From positions 448,809-512,808 of the forward strand of contig CAWGXL010000011.1 in NCBI GenBank assembly GCA_963826535.1: a stretch of 64,000 nt of DNA. The letters are read 5' to 3'. This document shows positions 48,801-59,800 of this stretch, one piece after another. Every line of letters starts with the position of its first letter. Position 1 is the first letter of the stretch. A model generated the notes under the pieces. That model did no database searches and was not told the DNA's origin. It saw nothing but the letters and a program-made list of their open reading frames with translations. The DNA comes from an uncultured bacterium. Its GTDB lineage: Bacteria; Patescibacteriota; Microgenomatia; Levybacterales; UBA12049. The translations under genes were made by a program, and so were the position numbers.

Positions 48801-51800
48801 CTATGGTGATCCAGTCAGCGGGCCAAACCTCACGGCGGAGTCTTCGTTGTAGAGGGTGCGAATTTGGGTCGCATTGAGGGCGTAGTTGTAGATGCGGATG
48901 TCGTCGATGAGGCCATCAAAAAACTGCTGGTCAACTTCGGTTGAACCAAGACGAAGCTCAGTTGTATCCGTGGTTAAAACTGATCCCGTAGAAACGGTCT
49001 TGACTAAATTTCCATTTAAGTAGAGATAGATAGAGTCTGCTGCATCGTCATAAACTCCCACTAAATGTTCCCACACATTTGTACCAGAAAGAGGATACCC
49101 CTGATCATATTGCGAATTAGCGATCCCCATTGCAAATTCGTTTTCATTATTAATTAGTAGAAAATACAACTGCCCTTTGCGAACAATCTCCCGGAATTGG
49201 CTATCTAGCACATCCCGTTTCACCCAAGCTGAAATAGTCAATTGTGAAGTAATTTGTAATGAGGAAGAATTCGGCATTGATACATAGTCATTCGTCCCGT
49301 CAAATCCTAGGCTACTGTTGAATTTTCCAGAAGTACCATCATGCCACATCTCTGTACTTGTGCCTGAGTTGCAGGTGCCTGCAGTGTCGTTGTCACCGCT
49401 TGTGTCGCCAGGAGTGATGGTGCCGTTGTTGCCTTTGCCTGAGCTATCATAGGCTGTGGTGCCTGTACATTCGTCGAGTTTCCAGTGGCCGATTGGTTTG
49501 CCGCGGTTGTAGATCCAGGCGACTTGGGATTGGGTGGGCGCGTAGTTATACATGCGAACATCGTCTATAGTAGTATCTGGTTCTATTTCCTCGATTAAGA
49601 AAGATTGGCCGGAATTAGCAAACCCGCTTCCGGCATTATATGAGCCCGATCCGGCCAGTAGGCCATCCTTATATACTTGACAGGTGCCATTATCCAAAAT
49701 AAAAACGACATGATGCCATGCATTATTAAGTATGTTTGTAGCATAATCAGTGCACGGATCTTGGTTAGTTCCGGCTGATGTATCAACCCGTATGTATAAG
49801 TCTTTGTTCTGGCTGCCCGCATTGTTGTGTATAGCCCATCCGGTGGTAGCGAAATCCGATTTGTACATAAGTCCATCGAAGTCACCGTTTGCCGTGCCTT
49901 TAACCCAAAATGAAACTGCCATCGTTGTATTTAGATTGATACTTGGGCTGTTGCTAACAGTAATTCCCGCATCACTTTTAAGAAGGAGTCCCTGCCCAAT
50001 TTTGCCGGAAGTCCATGATGCCCCGATTCCCAGGGTGCCGGTGTTGGCGTTGCCGGTGATATCGTTGGCGGTGGTGCCGGTGCGCTCGTCGAGAGTCCAG
50101 TGGCCGACGGGGGCGGGGTTGAGGCCGGCGGCGCAGTTGGTTTCGGTGTTGCCGGGGGGGCAATAGGCGCGGGCGGCGGAGTTGGAGGCTGTGATGCCAT
50201 CGGGATTGGTGGAGAGGGTGCCAAAGACGACGGCTTTGCCTTGGTTGTATTCTACTTTGACTTCGTCGGGGTTGAGGCCGTAGTTGTAGATTTTGACTTC
50301 GTCAATTGAACCTGTCCATGGCAGCCCGCTGCTGTAGGGAAATCCTATAAAGAAATTATTGCTCATGCCTTGAGTAGCACCGCTTGGGGTTGAACCAACT
50401 AAACTGCCATTTTTATATGCGAATAGATTGCCGTTGCTGTGGACCCAAGCAATATGGGTCCACTCGTCTGCTGAATATGTAATTCCGATTCTATCTTGGT
50501 TGCCGTCCCAGTTATACACCCAAATCCTGTCTAAGCCGCCGATAACTCCCCGATATATTCCTGCAAAGCCACCATCATCTCCTATTGCACCTTTTCCTTC
50601 AAAAGCTCCAGAGATAGTAGGAGATGAACCGGTTGGCTTGATCCATATTGAAATCGCAGCTTCAGACGCTGTCATAAGGGATGACATAGTGTTATTGGTT
50701 GCGACGTAGTCATTAGTCCCGTCAAATAGTAGTGCTTTACCGAGTTTGCCTTCATTGGTCCACCCTGAGGTGACTGTAGCAGGGGAGGCCATGCTGGTGA
50801 GGGTGCCATTGCCGGTGGAGCCAAGTGAGCCGGAGTTTTTGGTGGTAGTACCGTAGCCGTCGTCGAATTTGTAGTGGGCAAGAGCTGATCCGACAGGAGA
50901 GCCGACGGCGGGGTGGCCGGCGTTCATGTCTTGGATGATTTGTTTGGGGGTGCGGGCGTAGTTGTAGATGCGCACGTCGTCGATGAGACCGGGAAAGAAC
51001 TCATCGGAACCACGATCGCCTATGCGAACCGGTATATTATTGGTCGTTGATGTCCATGTGCCGCTCGTCGTCGACTTAAATACACCGTCTATGTAGATCG
51101 AGATAGAAGTGGGTGTGTTAACAGCATTCACCAGATGCCATTTGCCGTCATCTATACACTGCTGGGCGGCATTGAGAGAATCAATATCCGACGTTCCCCG
51201 TATTGTCATCCGCGGCATACACTGCCACACTCCCAAATCCCATCCATCGACCCCAGATAAATACTTGCCAATAATAGGCCGAAAACCGGCATTTGAGGTT
51301 TTTACCCAAACAGAAAGAGTGAAGTCTGAAGTGAAATCAAAATTTGATTCATTAGCCACGCTCACATAATCATTCACCCCGTCAAACTGTAATCCCTGTC
51401 CGAGTTTGCCGGCTGCCCAGGAGGGGCCGCCGGTGAGAGTGCCGTTGTTGGCGTTGCTACTGATATCGTTGGCGGTTATTCCTGTGCGTTCGTCGAGAGT
51501 CCAGTGGCCGACGGGGCCGGGGGCCCAGTCAGCGAGGGCGGCGACTTCGGAGGGGGAGAGGGCGCGATTGTAGAGGCGGACGTCGTCGAGAATACCATCG
51601 AGATAACGTGATGGGGCTCCAAGACAATGACCGAATTCGACACTTGATCCGGTTGGCCTTTCAAATGTGTTTGAGTTGGTTGCTTCTAATACTCCGTTGA
51701 CGTACATTCTTGCCGCAGAGCCGTCATATGTGCTTGTAATGTGATACCAGGTATTGGTGGAAACAGTGCTTACGGAGTTAACCCCATTCGCGTTACCTCC

Positions 51801-53321
51801 ATCGTTGGGTACTAAACTGACGGTATTATTGCTGTTGAGGACTAATCCACCACAGGAGCTTGATGTGGTGAAAATGCCTTTGATCGTTGATACCACGTCA
51901 AACTTTACCCAGGTGGACATGGTGAAGGTTGAGGGTATTGTGACTGAGGCACTGACATTATCATCTGTCCCGTCAAACGTGACAGCATTACTAAACTTGC
52001 CGGTGATATTAGCAGCACCATTGTTCCAGGCGGCGTCTTTTGCATTTCCGGAACTGTCGCAGCTGTCATTCACACCTCCGGAACAGGTATTCGCAGCAGT
52101 TTCATCCATTTTCCAGTATCCGGCGAGGCCTTCGTGTAGAGTGCCGGAGGGGTCTTGGCCTATTAGGGTAGCGCTTTGGTTGTAGATAGCTTTTATGTCG
52201 CTGTTGGTGAGGGCGTAGTTGTAGATGCGGACGTCGTCGAGGGGGCCGGGAAAGAAATCACCAGCATTACGAGTGCCTATCGTTACCGGTTCGTTATTGG
52301 TTGTTGACGTCCATGTACCACTCGTCGTCACATTCAATACTCCGTCTATATAGGTTGAGACAGAAGTGGGCGTATTAACTGTAGTCACTAGATGCCAGTT
52401 GCCGTCATCTATCCGCACTGTGGCTTCATTATTAGTATCAATATTTGACGTTCCCCGCAACAAAATCCGTGGCTTGCCGAGGAACACTCCCAAAGACCAT
52501 CCAGTATTAGCGCCAACTTCCTTACTGATAATAGGGCTGTAGCCGGCAAATGTGGTTTTTACCCAAACAGAAAGAGTGAAGTCTGAAGTAAAATCGAAGT
52601 TGGATTCGTTGGCAACACTCACATGATCATTCACCCCGTCAAAGTTGAGTGCTTTGTCGAATTTGCCTTGATTATTCCAGCCGGATGAAATTGTGGCCGG
52701 GGAGGCCATCCCGGTAAGGGTACCATTATTAGCGGAGCTTGTTGTGCCGGAGTTTTTGGCGGTTGTACCGTTGCCGTCGTCGAATTTCCACCAGCCAACT
52801 GGGGCTTTGCCTTTTTCTTCAGTTCCCACCAAAGGGCTTCCGCCTGAGGGAGCGAGAGAAGTGAAAGATGAGACATTCTGGCTGGCTGATTTGGCATCGG
52901 GGTTGCCATAGTAGATAAATCCTGTATTGGCACCATTGTAAATCACCGGGAAGACGACGTCATAGGTGGTTGAGGCATTATTGCAGGTGCCTGTAAGTTG
53001 GTAGTCTAATGCTTTTCCGTTGATATCGGTAAAACGGGTGTCGTCACAGTCGGACTGCATTTTGCCAGCTGAGATAAAGGTGGCAGTATCTACCGTTACC
53101 GTTATCCGTCTATCGCTTGTGATACTTGCATTGTGGGTGAAGCTTATTTTCTGTCTGTAACCATAGCTCGCGTCAAACCAGCCGGCCGCGACTTGAGAGG
53201 GGCGGAAGATGATGAGGATGGCGGGGACGAGGATGAGGAAGGCGAGTAAGACGGCCAGGGAGCGGCGGTAGAGAGTTTTTTTGGGAAAGAAGTTTTTAAT
53301 TTTCATGACAATATGTTTCAT
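48801..53321 (-). CDS. giant (1506 aa) secreted/anchored protein: N-terminal DUF2341-like domain followed by about 7 LamG/concanavalin-A-like lectin domains
   Basis: N-terminal TM or signal anchor. GWFDASYGYRQKISF (DUF2341-like). Repeated LxFDGxNDxVxV...FT.S.W(V/I)K....WH.V......YIDG.....DDVRIYN blocks. Near-identical internal duplication of about 70 aa. Confidence 0.7.
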   Translation of the reverse strand: MKHIVMKIKNFFPKKTLYRRSLAVLLAFLILVPAILIIFRPSQVAAGWFDASYGYRQKISFTHNASITSDRRITVTVDTATFISAGKMQSDCDDTRFTDINGKALDYQLTGTCNNASTTYDVVFPVIYNGANTGFIYYGNPDAKSASQNVSSFTSLAPSGGSPLVGTEEKGKAPVGWWKFDDGNGTTAKNSGTTSSANNGTLTGMASPATISSGWNNQGKFDKALNFDGVNDHVSVANESNFDFTSDFTLSVWVKTTFAGYSPIISKEVGANTGWSLGVFLGKPRILLRGTSNIDTNNEATVRIDDGNWHLVTTVNTPTSVSTYIDGVLNVTTSGTWTSTTNNEPVTIGTRNAGDFFPGPLDDVRIYNYALTNSDIKAIYNQSATLIGQDPSGTLHEGLAGYWKMDETAANTCSGGVNDSCDSSGNAKDAAWNNGAANITGKFSNAVTFDGTDDNVSASVTIPSTFTMSTWVKFDVVSTIKGIFTTSSSCGGLVLNSNNTVSLVPNDGGNANGVNSVSTVSTNTWYHITSTYDGSAARMYVNGVLEATNSNTFERPTGSSVEFGHCLGAPSRYLDGILDDVRLYNRALSPSEVAALADWAPGPVGHWTLDERTGITANDISSNANNGTLTGGPSWAAGKLGQGLQFDGVNDYVSVANESNFDFTSDFTLSVWVKTSNAGFRPIIGKYLSGVDGWDLGVWQCMPRMTIRGTSDIDSLNAAQQCIDDGKWHLVNAVNTPTSISIYIDGVFKSTTSGTWTSTTNNIPVRIGDRGSDEFFPGLIDDVRIYNYARTPKQIIQDMNAGHPAVGSPVGSALAHYKFDDGYGTTTKNSGSLGSTGNGTLTSMASPATVTSGWTNEGKLGKALLFDGTNDYVATNNTMSSLMTASEAAISIWIKPTGSSPTISGAFEGKGAIGDDGGFAGIYRGVIGGLDRIWVYNWDGNQDRIGITYSADEWTHIAWVHSNGNLFAYKNGSLVGSTPSGATQGMSNNFFIGFPYSSGLPWTGSIDEVKIYNYGLNPDEVKVEYNQGKAVVFGTLSTNPDGITASNSAARAYCPPGNTETNCAAGLNPAPVGHWTLDERTGTTANDITGNANTGTLGIGASWTSGKIGQGLLLKSDAGITVSNSPSINLNTTMAVSFWVKGTANGDFDGLMYKSDFATTGWAIHNNAGSQNKDLYIRVDTSAGTNQDPCTDYATNILNNAWHHVVFILDNGTCQVYKDGLLAGSGSYNAGSGFANSGQSFLIEEIEPDTTIDDVRMYNYAPTQSQVAWIYNRGKPIGHWKLDECTGTTAYDSSGKGNNGTITPGDTSGDNDTAGTCNSGTSTEMWHDGTSGKFNSSLGFDGTNDYVSMPNSSSLQITSQLTISAWVKRDVLDSQFREIVRKGQLYFLLINNENEFAMGIANSQYDQGYPLSGTNVWEHLVGVYDDAADSIYLYLNGNLVKTVSTGSVLTTDTTELRLGSTEVDQQFFDGLIDDIRIYNYALNATQIRTLYNEDSAVRFGPLTGSP

Positions 53322-53422
53322 ATTAGTTCAAAGTTCAAAGTATAAAATAATTTTCAATTCGAAATTTTTAATTTTCAATCAAATATTAATGTTTAAATAT
53401 TAAAATTTAAAAACATTTATAA
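53322..53422. repeat. AT-rich palindromic spacer element between giant gene 1 and 4HB gene 2
   Basis: Homologous to 4838-4922. Contains agttcaaagttcaaag. Confidence 0.55.
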
Positions 53423-53791
53423 TTATAATGTATTACTTGCAATTTTAGAAAAAATTAAGGTAAGTTCGTGTGCTTCCTGCCACAATATTCTATATTCTTC
53501 TTTTCCTTCATCTGTTGCTTTTGCTAAAATTCGGAGCCAGTATTTTGTTTCTTTTGATTCTTTTTTACAGATAAAAATTTTATTTTTAAAATCTTTTTTG
53601 CTACTTGCACCATTGGCCTCACAGTAATTTGCTCCCATACTGGTACCTGATCGCACTAGTTGGCCAATAATGGGTCTGGTAACGTCATTTTTAGGCGCTT
53701 TTTTGCAAAGCTCTATAATCTTTTCACTAAACAATGCTGTTCTTTCTTCTAAATCATACTTTCCGCTTTGTTTATTTGTAATTTTATTCAT
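53423..53791 (-). CDS. four-helix-bundle protein (23S rRNA IVS protein / Avd family), second copy
   Basis: 122 aa. SGTSMGANYCEANGASSKKDFKNKIFICKKESKETKYWLRILAKA carries the same signature. Confidence 0.65.
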   Translation of the reverse strand: MNKITNKQSGKYDLEERTALFSEKIIELCKKAPKNDVTRPIIGQLVRSGTSMGANYCEANGASSKKDFKNKIFICKKESKETKYWLRILAKATDEGKEEYRILWQEAHELTLIFSKIASNTL

Positions 53792-53829
53792 TGTGATTTA
53801 ATTGAAAATTTCAAATTGAAAATTGTAAA
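53792..53829. repeat. AT-rich spacer (ttgaaaatttcaaattgaaaattgtaaatt) between giant gene 2 stop and the 4HB gene 2 start
   Basis: Similar to 4896-4922. Confidence 0.45.
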
Positions 53830-56800
53830 TTAATTTATGATCCACCAGTTTACTTTCACGTCATTGGGTTGGAGTTCTTGGAGTTTGATGGAAAAGGTGT
53901 TGTTGTCTTTGGGTCGCGCGCCGATGCCGATGGGTTGGTCAGGTGTGGCGAAGATGAGGGATTTTGTAGTTAGCAGGCTGGTATTGACGTCTATACTGAT
54001 TTCTCCTGCCGGGATGATAATAGAGCCGGCAGCTGTTGATAATGTTGCAGATGGACTGGAAGTAGTATCTGCTGCGATATTGAGTTTGTCGGTATTTATC
54101 TTTTTGACAGTTATTTCACCTTTGGTGGTAATGTTGCCGTTTTCGGTGATTTTTATTTTTCCGTCCAGGATGTCCAAGCCGTAGAGGCCGTGGGATTGGA
54201 GCTTGAGGGAGCCTGCGGAGGTGTTGATCGCAGCAAATCCGTCATCATTAAGACCGTTTATTGAGAGGAGGCCGTTGGTTATATTCCCGGTAACAGAGAG
54301 ATCGGAGAGGGTGGTTCTTCCGAGAACGTTGAGATCGCCTGAGATGGTGGCGAGATTTACATCAAGGTTTTCAAGGCTGAGCTGTAACCCGGCTGATTGA
54401 CTGGCATTTATTGTAGAGAGAATGGGTGATTTCAATAAATCATTTAAGAATGCTGCGTCTGATGCGATTTGTTTGGTCATGTTTTCAAGTAAGCTGATTT
54501 TGTTATCAAGAGTAGAAAGCTGATCCCACTTGGCTAAAGCTTCGCGGGACAAGGTTGAGAGTTGGGCTTCAACTGATGCGAAGCGAGCAGTGTCGCTGGC
54601 GGTTAAGACTGCTTGGGCGGAGGAGGAAGATGTATTTTGATTTAGCAAGTCAGCGATATCGATACCATTTATACTGAGTTTACGGGCATCAATCTTGCCT
54701 GCGGTTAGGTTGGCGATGTCAGCGTCGGAGAAGATGCCGACTCTTTTGATTTCGCCGGTTGGATCGGCGATCTTGAATTTGCCATCGGAAGATGCAGGAT
54801 CGGGGGTGATTGCGATATCGCCTGTTTCTGAAATGGATATGCCTGGGTCGTGCCAGGTTCGACTGACAAAAATTTGAATACTACCAATACTACTCGAGTC
54901 AGAACTTGCATAATTTCCTAATGCCCGGCCAATAACTTCTCCGGCTTGGCTAGCTTTGACTGCGATGCCCGGCACATTTGATGCAGTAAGTAAATCTCCA
55001 TACTTGATTGGTCCATTGGCAGCGGAGACCCTAGCAGGAACTTGTCCTAATAAGCCAACTATTACTTTGTCAGGCCCTTCTTCGCCTCCCTTTACAGCAG
55101 GAGCATCGGAGATGATGCCTAGTATTCTTGGATATGAAGTTGTGCTGCATGGTATAACTCCATGATCACTTTGACAAACCAAAGTTCCACTTGGGAATAG
55201 ATTTCTCTTATCTTCTTCTGTGTAATTTATAGGCAGAATGCTTTCATCAATTGCAAAATACTCGGCATAATCGGCTCCGCCTGTTTGATATGTAACTCCT
55301 GTAGCTCCGTTGCCTATAATTTGTCCTCTTCTGTTTGAGTCTCCGCGCATGAAATTGATGAATGCGTCATTGGCATTTGGATTGGTGGCCGAATTGGCTG
55401 CGCCCATTCTTATGATAAGACCTGTATGACCTGCGGTGTTATTGGCACCTGTATTTTCAATCATGGCTGAAGCTGTTGAGACTAGATTGTTTGATACATG
55501 CAGTTTCCATAATGGTGTTGTTGTACCGATGCCGACGAGGCCGGTGCTGTCAATTCTCATTCTTTCCGAGCCTGCGGTCGAGAGAGCAATGTTGCCGCCG
55601 GTGTAGGCGTCGAAGTTGTATTTGTAGACTCTGGCGTCAGTAATATCTGTAATCCAGAAATAGCCATTGTAATAGGTCATACCAACGGGAGCGTCGCTTC
55701 CGCCGGCGGCAGTGTCAAAGGAGGTGCCTGTATACGTGCCTGTTGTGCTGTATTTGTAGACTTCGTCGTCAGTTGCATCTGTAATCCAGAAATAGCCATT
55801 GTAATAGGTTATGCCATTGGGATTGGTATTACTGCTGGGGGCAGTGTCAAAGGAAAAGTTTGCATAGGTGCCATCGGTGTTATATTTGTAGACTTCTTCG
55901 TCAGCAGCATCAACAATCCAGAAATAGCCATTATAATAGGTTATGCCCCTGGGAGTGTCGTTTCCGCTGGCGGCTGTGTCAAAGGAAGTTCCTGTATACG
56001 TGCCTGTTGTGTTGTGTTTGTAGACTTCGGCGTCAGAAGCATCAGTAATCCAGAAATAGCCGTTGTAATAGGTCATGGCTCTGGGATCCCCATTCCCGCT
56101 GGCTGCGGTGTCAAAGGAGAAGTTGGCATAGCTGCCGTCGGTATTGTATTTATAGACCAGTGCGTCAGAAGTATCAGTAATCCAGAAATAGCCGTTGTAA
56201 TTGGTTATGCCTGTGGGGTTACCATTTCCGCTGGCTGCCGTGTCAAAGGAGCTGTTGGTGTAACCTGAGGAGCCGTTTCCGGAACTCAAAGCAAGAGTGT
56301 AGGCGCTTCCGGTTGCAGTGCCAAAACCATAGAATCCTTGTCCGGTTGTTCCAAGGACGAGGTTGTTGGCCTCGATATTTCCATCGGCTCTAATGTCGCC
56401 GCGTACAGCTAAAGCAGCTGCAGGGGAGGCGCTACCTCCGATACCGATGTTGCCGGCGGTAGTCATGGTCATACGATCAACCCATGAACTCCCATTCCAA
56501 CCGGCAAACCGAAGCGAGTTGTCCGTGCTGTTCATGTAAATAGAATGCGATTCTTCTCTGGTGTCGGGATCAGAAAAAGTCAATCCTAAACTGCCTGCAA
56601 CTGTGCTTTGATGTTCAAGACTTATTGAGCCTACAACGTTCAATGTTTCTTGCGGATTAGTCGTGCCGATGCCGACGTTGCCGTTTTGTTTGATTACAAA
56701 GCGATTCAGGCCGGAGGAGGAGGCAGTGAAGAGGTCGCCTACGCCTTTGTTGTCAACGACCATTGCCGCGAAGGAGGATTGGGCGGAGATGGAGGCAGCG

Positions 56801-59800
56801 GGTTCAGTGCCGAGATTGCTTCTTACATCAAAGGTAGCCTGCGCTGAGTTAGCAGTGCTGCCGCCAAGGAGTAAGCGCAGGTTTTGGGTTGGTGACCAGC
56901 TATTATATGTTCCACTTGTAGGGACATTACCGATACGAAGGGTATTATCTGTTCCACTGGTTGTCGCAGCACCCAAACCCCATGCACCTGAGTTGTTCCA
57001 ATTTCCAACATAATTTGCGAAGGGAGTTCCTGATGAGTAATCGCTGGAGAAGATAGATTTGGGAAAGTTTGTATCTCCATTATTGCCCACTTGTAATGCG
57101 GCTAATGGACTGGTTGTTCCTATTCCCACATTACCGCTGTTGGCAATAACAAATTTGCTGGCTCCGGATTTGGAGGCGGTGAAGAGGTCGCCTGTACCAG
57201 TGTTATCGACTAGCAAACTTGCAAAGTGGGAGTTGGCTGATATTGATGCTGCAGGAGTAGTGGCGTTGTTGCCACGGATGTCAAGGGTGGCGAGGGCGGC
57301 GGAGGTGGTGCCGATGATGACTCTGCCGTTAGTATCAATCTTCATTCTTTCAGAGCCTGATGTTGAGAGGGCGATGGAGCCGCCAGTGTAGGCATCAAAG
57401 TTGTATTTGTAGACTTCGTCGTCAATATTTTCAGAAATCCAGAAATATCCGTTGTAATAGGTTATGCCATTAGGATCATTGTTCCCGCTGACAGCTGTGT
57501 CAAAGGAGGTGCCAGTATAGACGCCGTCGGTGCTGTATTTGTAGACTTCGTCGGCACCACCATCAACAGTCCAGAAATATCCGTTGTAATAGGTTATGCC
57601 ATGGATTTGGGTGTTCCCGCTGGCAGCTGTGTCAAAGGAGGTGCCTGTATAGATACCGTCGGTGCTGTATTTGTAGACTTCGCTGTCAGTAAAATCAGTA
57701 ATCCAGAAATAGCCATTGGCATAGGTTATGCCAGTAGGATCACCGTTCCCGCTGGCGGCGGTGTCAAAGGAGGTGCCTGTATAGATACCGTCGGTGCTGT
57801 ATTTGTAGACTTCGTCGTCAACATTATCCGCAATCCAGAAATAGCCATTGTAATAGGTTATGCCAAATGGATCACCGTTCCCGCTGGCGGCTGTGTCAAA
57901 AGATTTGTTTGCATAGGTGCCATCGGTGTTGAATTTGTAGACTTCGTCGGCACCAACATCAACAGTCCAGAAATAGCCGTTGTAATAGGTTATGTCCAAG
58001 AGACCACTATTCCCGCTGGCGGCTGTGTCAAAGGAGCTGCCAGTGTAGCCTGAGGCACCATTTCCAGAACTCAGAGAAAGGGTGTGGGCGTTTCCGGTTG
58101 CAGTGCCAAAGCCGTAGAATCCTTGGCCGGTTGTCCCAAGAGCTAGGGCGTTGCTTTGTATATTCCCATCCGCTCTAATGTCACCACGTACGGCTAATGC
58201 CGCGGCAGGGGAGGCATTCCCACCGATACCGACGTAGCCTACACCGCTGGGGTTGAGGAGGGTGTTGCCTGTGGTGTTGTAGGTTGAAGAGTTGCCGAGA
58301 GTAAGAGTTCCTCTGTTTGTGGTTGCGAGTGTACCATTTCCTGTGAGATAGGCTGCGTTATTGCCTGAATTGGCTGAGATTGAAGCAGTTGGTGTTCCGC
58401 CTGCGACGTTGAGGAAGCCGAACTTGGCACTGGTTGTGGCAGTTGCTCCAAGTAAGAGATCATCGGTAAGGTTGGAAGGAGCGAGAGCGCCTGAGATTCT
58501 TTGCCAGTAGCCAACTACTCCGGAGGTGGCACAGTCTTGTCCGCTGATACAGAGAGTTCCACTTGCATCTGGTAGAGTCCAGGTCTGAGTACTTGTTGCG
58601 GCAGAGGCTAAAGTACTTAAGACATTTGTGGTTCCGGCAAGTTGGAGATTGCCGTTGTTAAGAATTGTGAATTTGGTTTTTCCGGATTTGGAGGCTGTGA
58701 AGAGATCGCCGACACCTGAATTGTCAACAATTAAAGAGGCGAAGGAGGATTGTGCGGAGATGGAGGCGGCGGGGGTGGTGGCGGAGGTGCCGCGGACGTC
58801 GAGGGTGGAGAAGAGTGAGTTTGTGCCTGTTCCTATGCCAATCCGTTGATTGGTTGAATCAGCATTAAAAAAGGTCGTACTAGCGGCATCCAGGATACGG
58901 AACGATTGCGTAGTGTTATTGGCGACACTGAAGAGAGCCTCGGTGTCACTGATCGAAAAGGCTATGTTGTTGTTGTCTTCATTAATAACTCTGAACAAAT
59001 CCTCATCGCCGGCGCCCCAGATGGCTACTCCGTCGTCGGTTAGTTTTATGCCTCCGGAGTCATCTGATCCTCCATATTGGAGTATAAGACCGTTTCCGCT
59101 ATTTCCATAATTCTGCAAATTAGTTAGAGTTCCTCCTCCTAGGCTGCCTGTAACCGTAGGTGATGAACCGACAAATATTTTAGTATTGCCATTGGCAATG
59201 TCTGTAACTGGTGAGAAGAGGGCTAATTTTCCGCTTTGTTCCACAGTGAATCTGGGCAGGCCGCTTGAGGAAGCTGTGAAGAGGTCGCCGAGGCCTTTGT
59301 TGTCGACGACTAAGGCGGCGAAGGAGGATTGACCGGAGAGTGAGGCAACAGGAGTGGTGCCGGAGTTGCCGCGGACATCGAAGGTGGCGAGGGCTAATGG
59401 GGCATTGATGCCTACACTGCTGCCTTCTCCTGTCAAATCAAAGTTTATATTACCTCTGTTGAATGTACGCAGGGTGAGGTCGTTGCTTTCAAAGATTTCG
59501 CCTGCTTCAAGGGTGAGGGGGCCGTAGGATTTTATGAAGCTGGCGGTTTGGTTGGTGAATTGGAGGTCGTAGGCGATTGAGACGTCGCCTGCGGCGGTGA
59601 ATTGGTGGGGGGCAGCTGAGGTGATTTGGGTTTTATCTACTTTGAAGACGGTGGAACCGTTATCTGTGATATTTAAGAGGGTGGCCAAAGTGGTGGTAGA
59701 TCCTGCAATTTGGAGTAGGGCGTCAGGTGTGTTGGTGTTGATGCCTATATTGCCGTTTTGTTTGATGACGAAGCGGTTGAGGCCTGAGGAGGAGGCTGTG

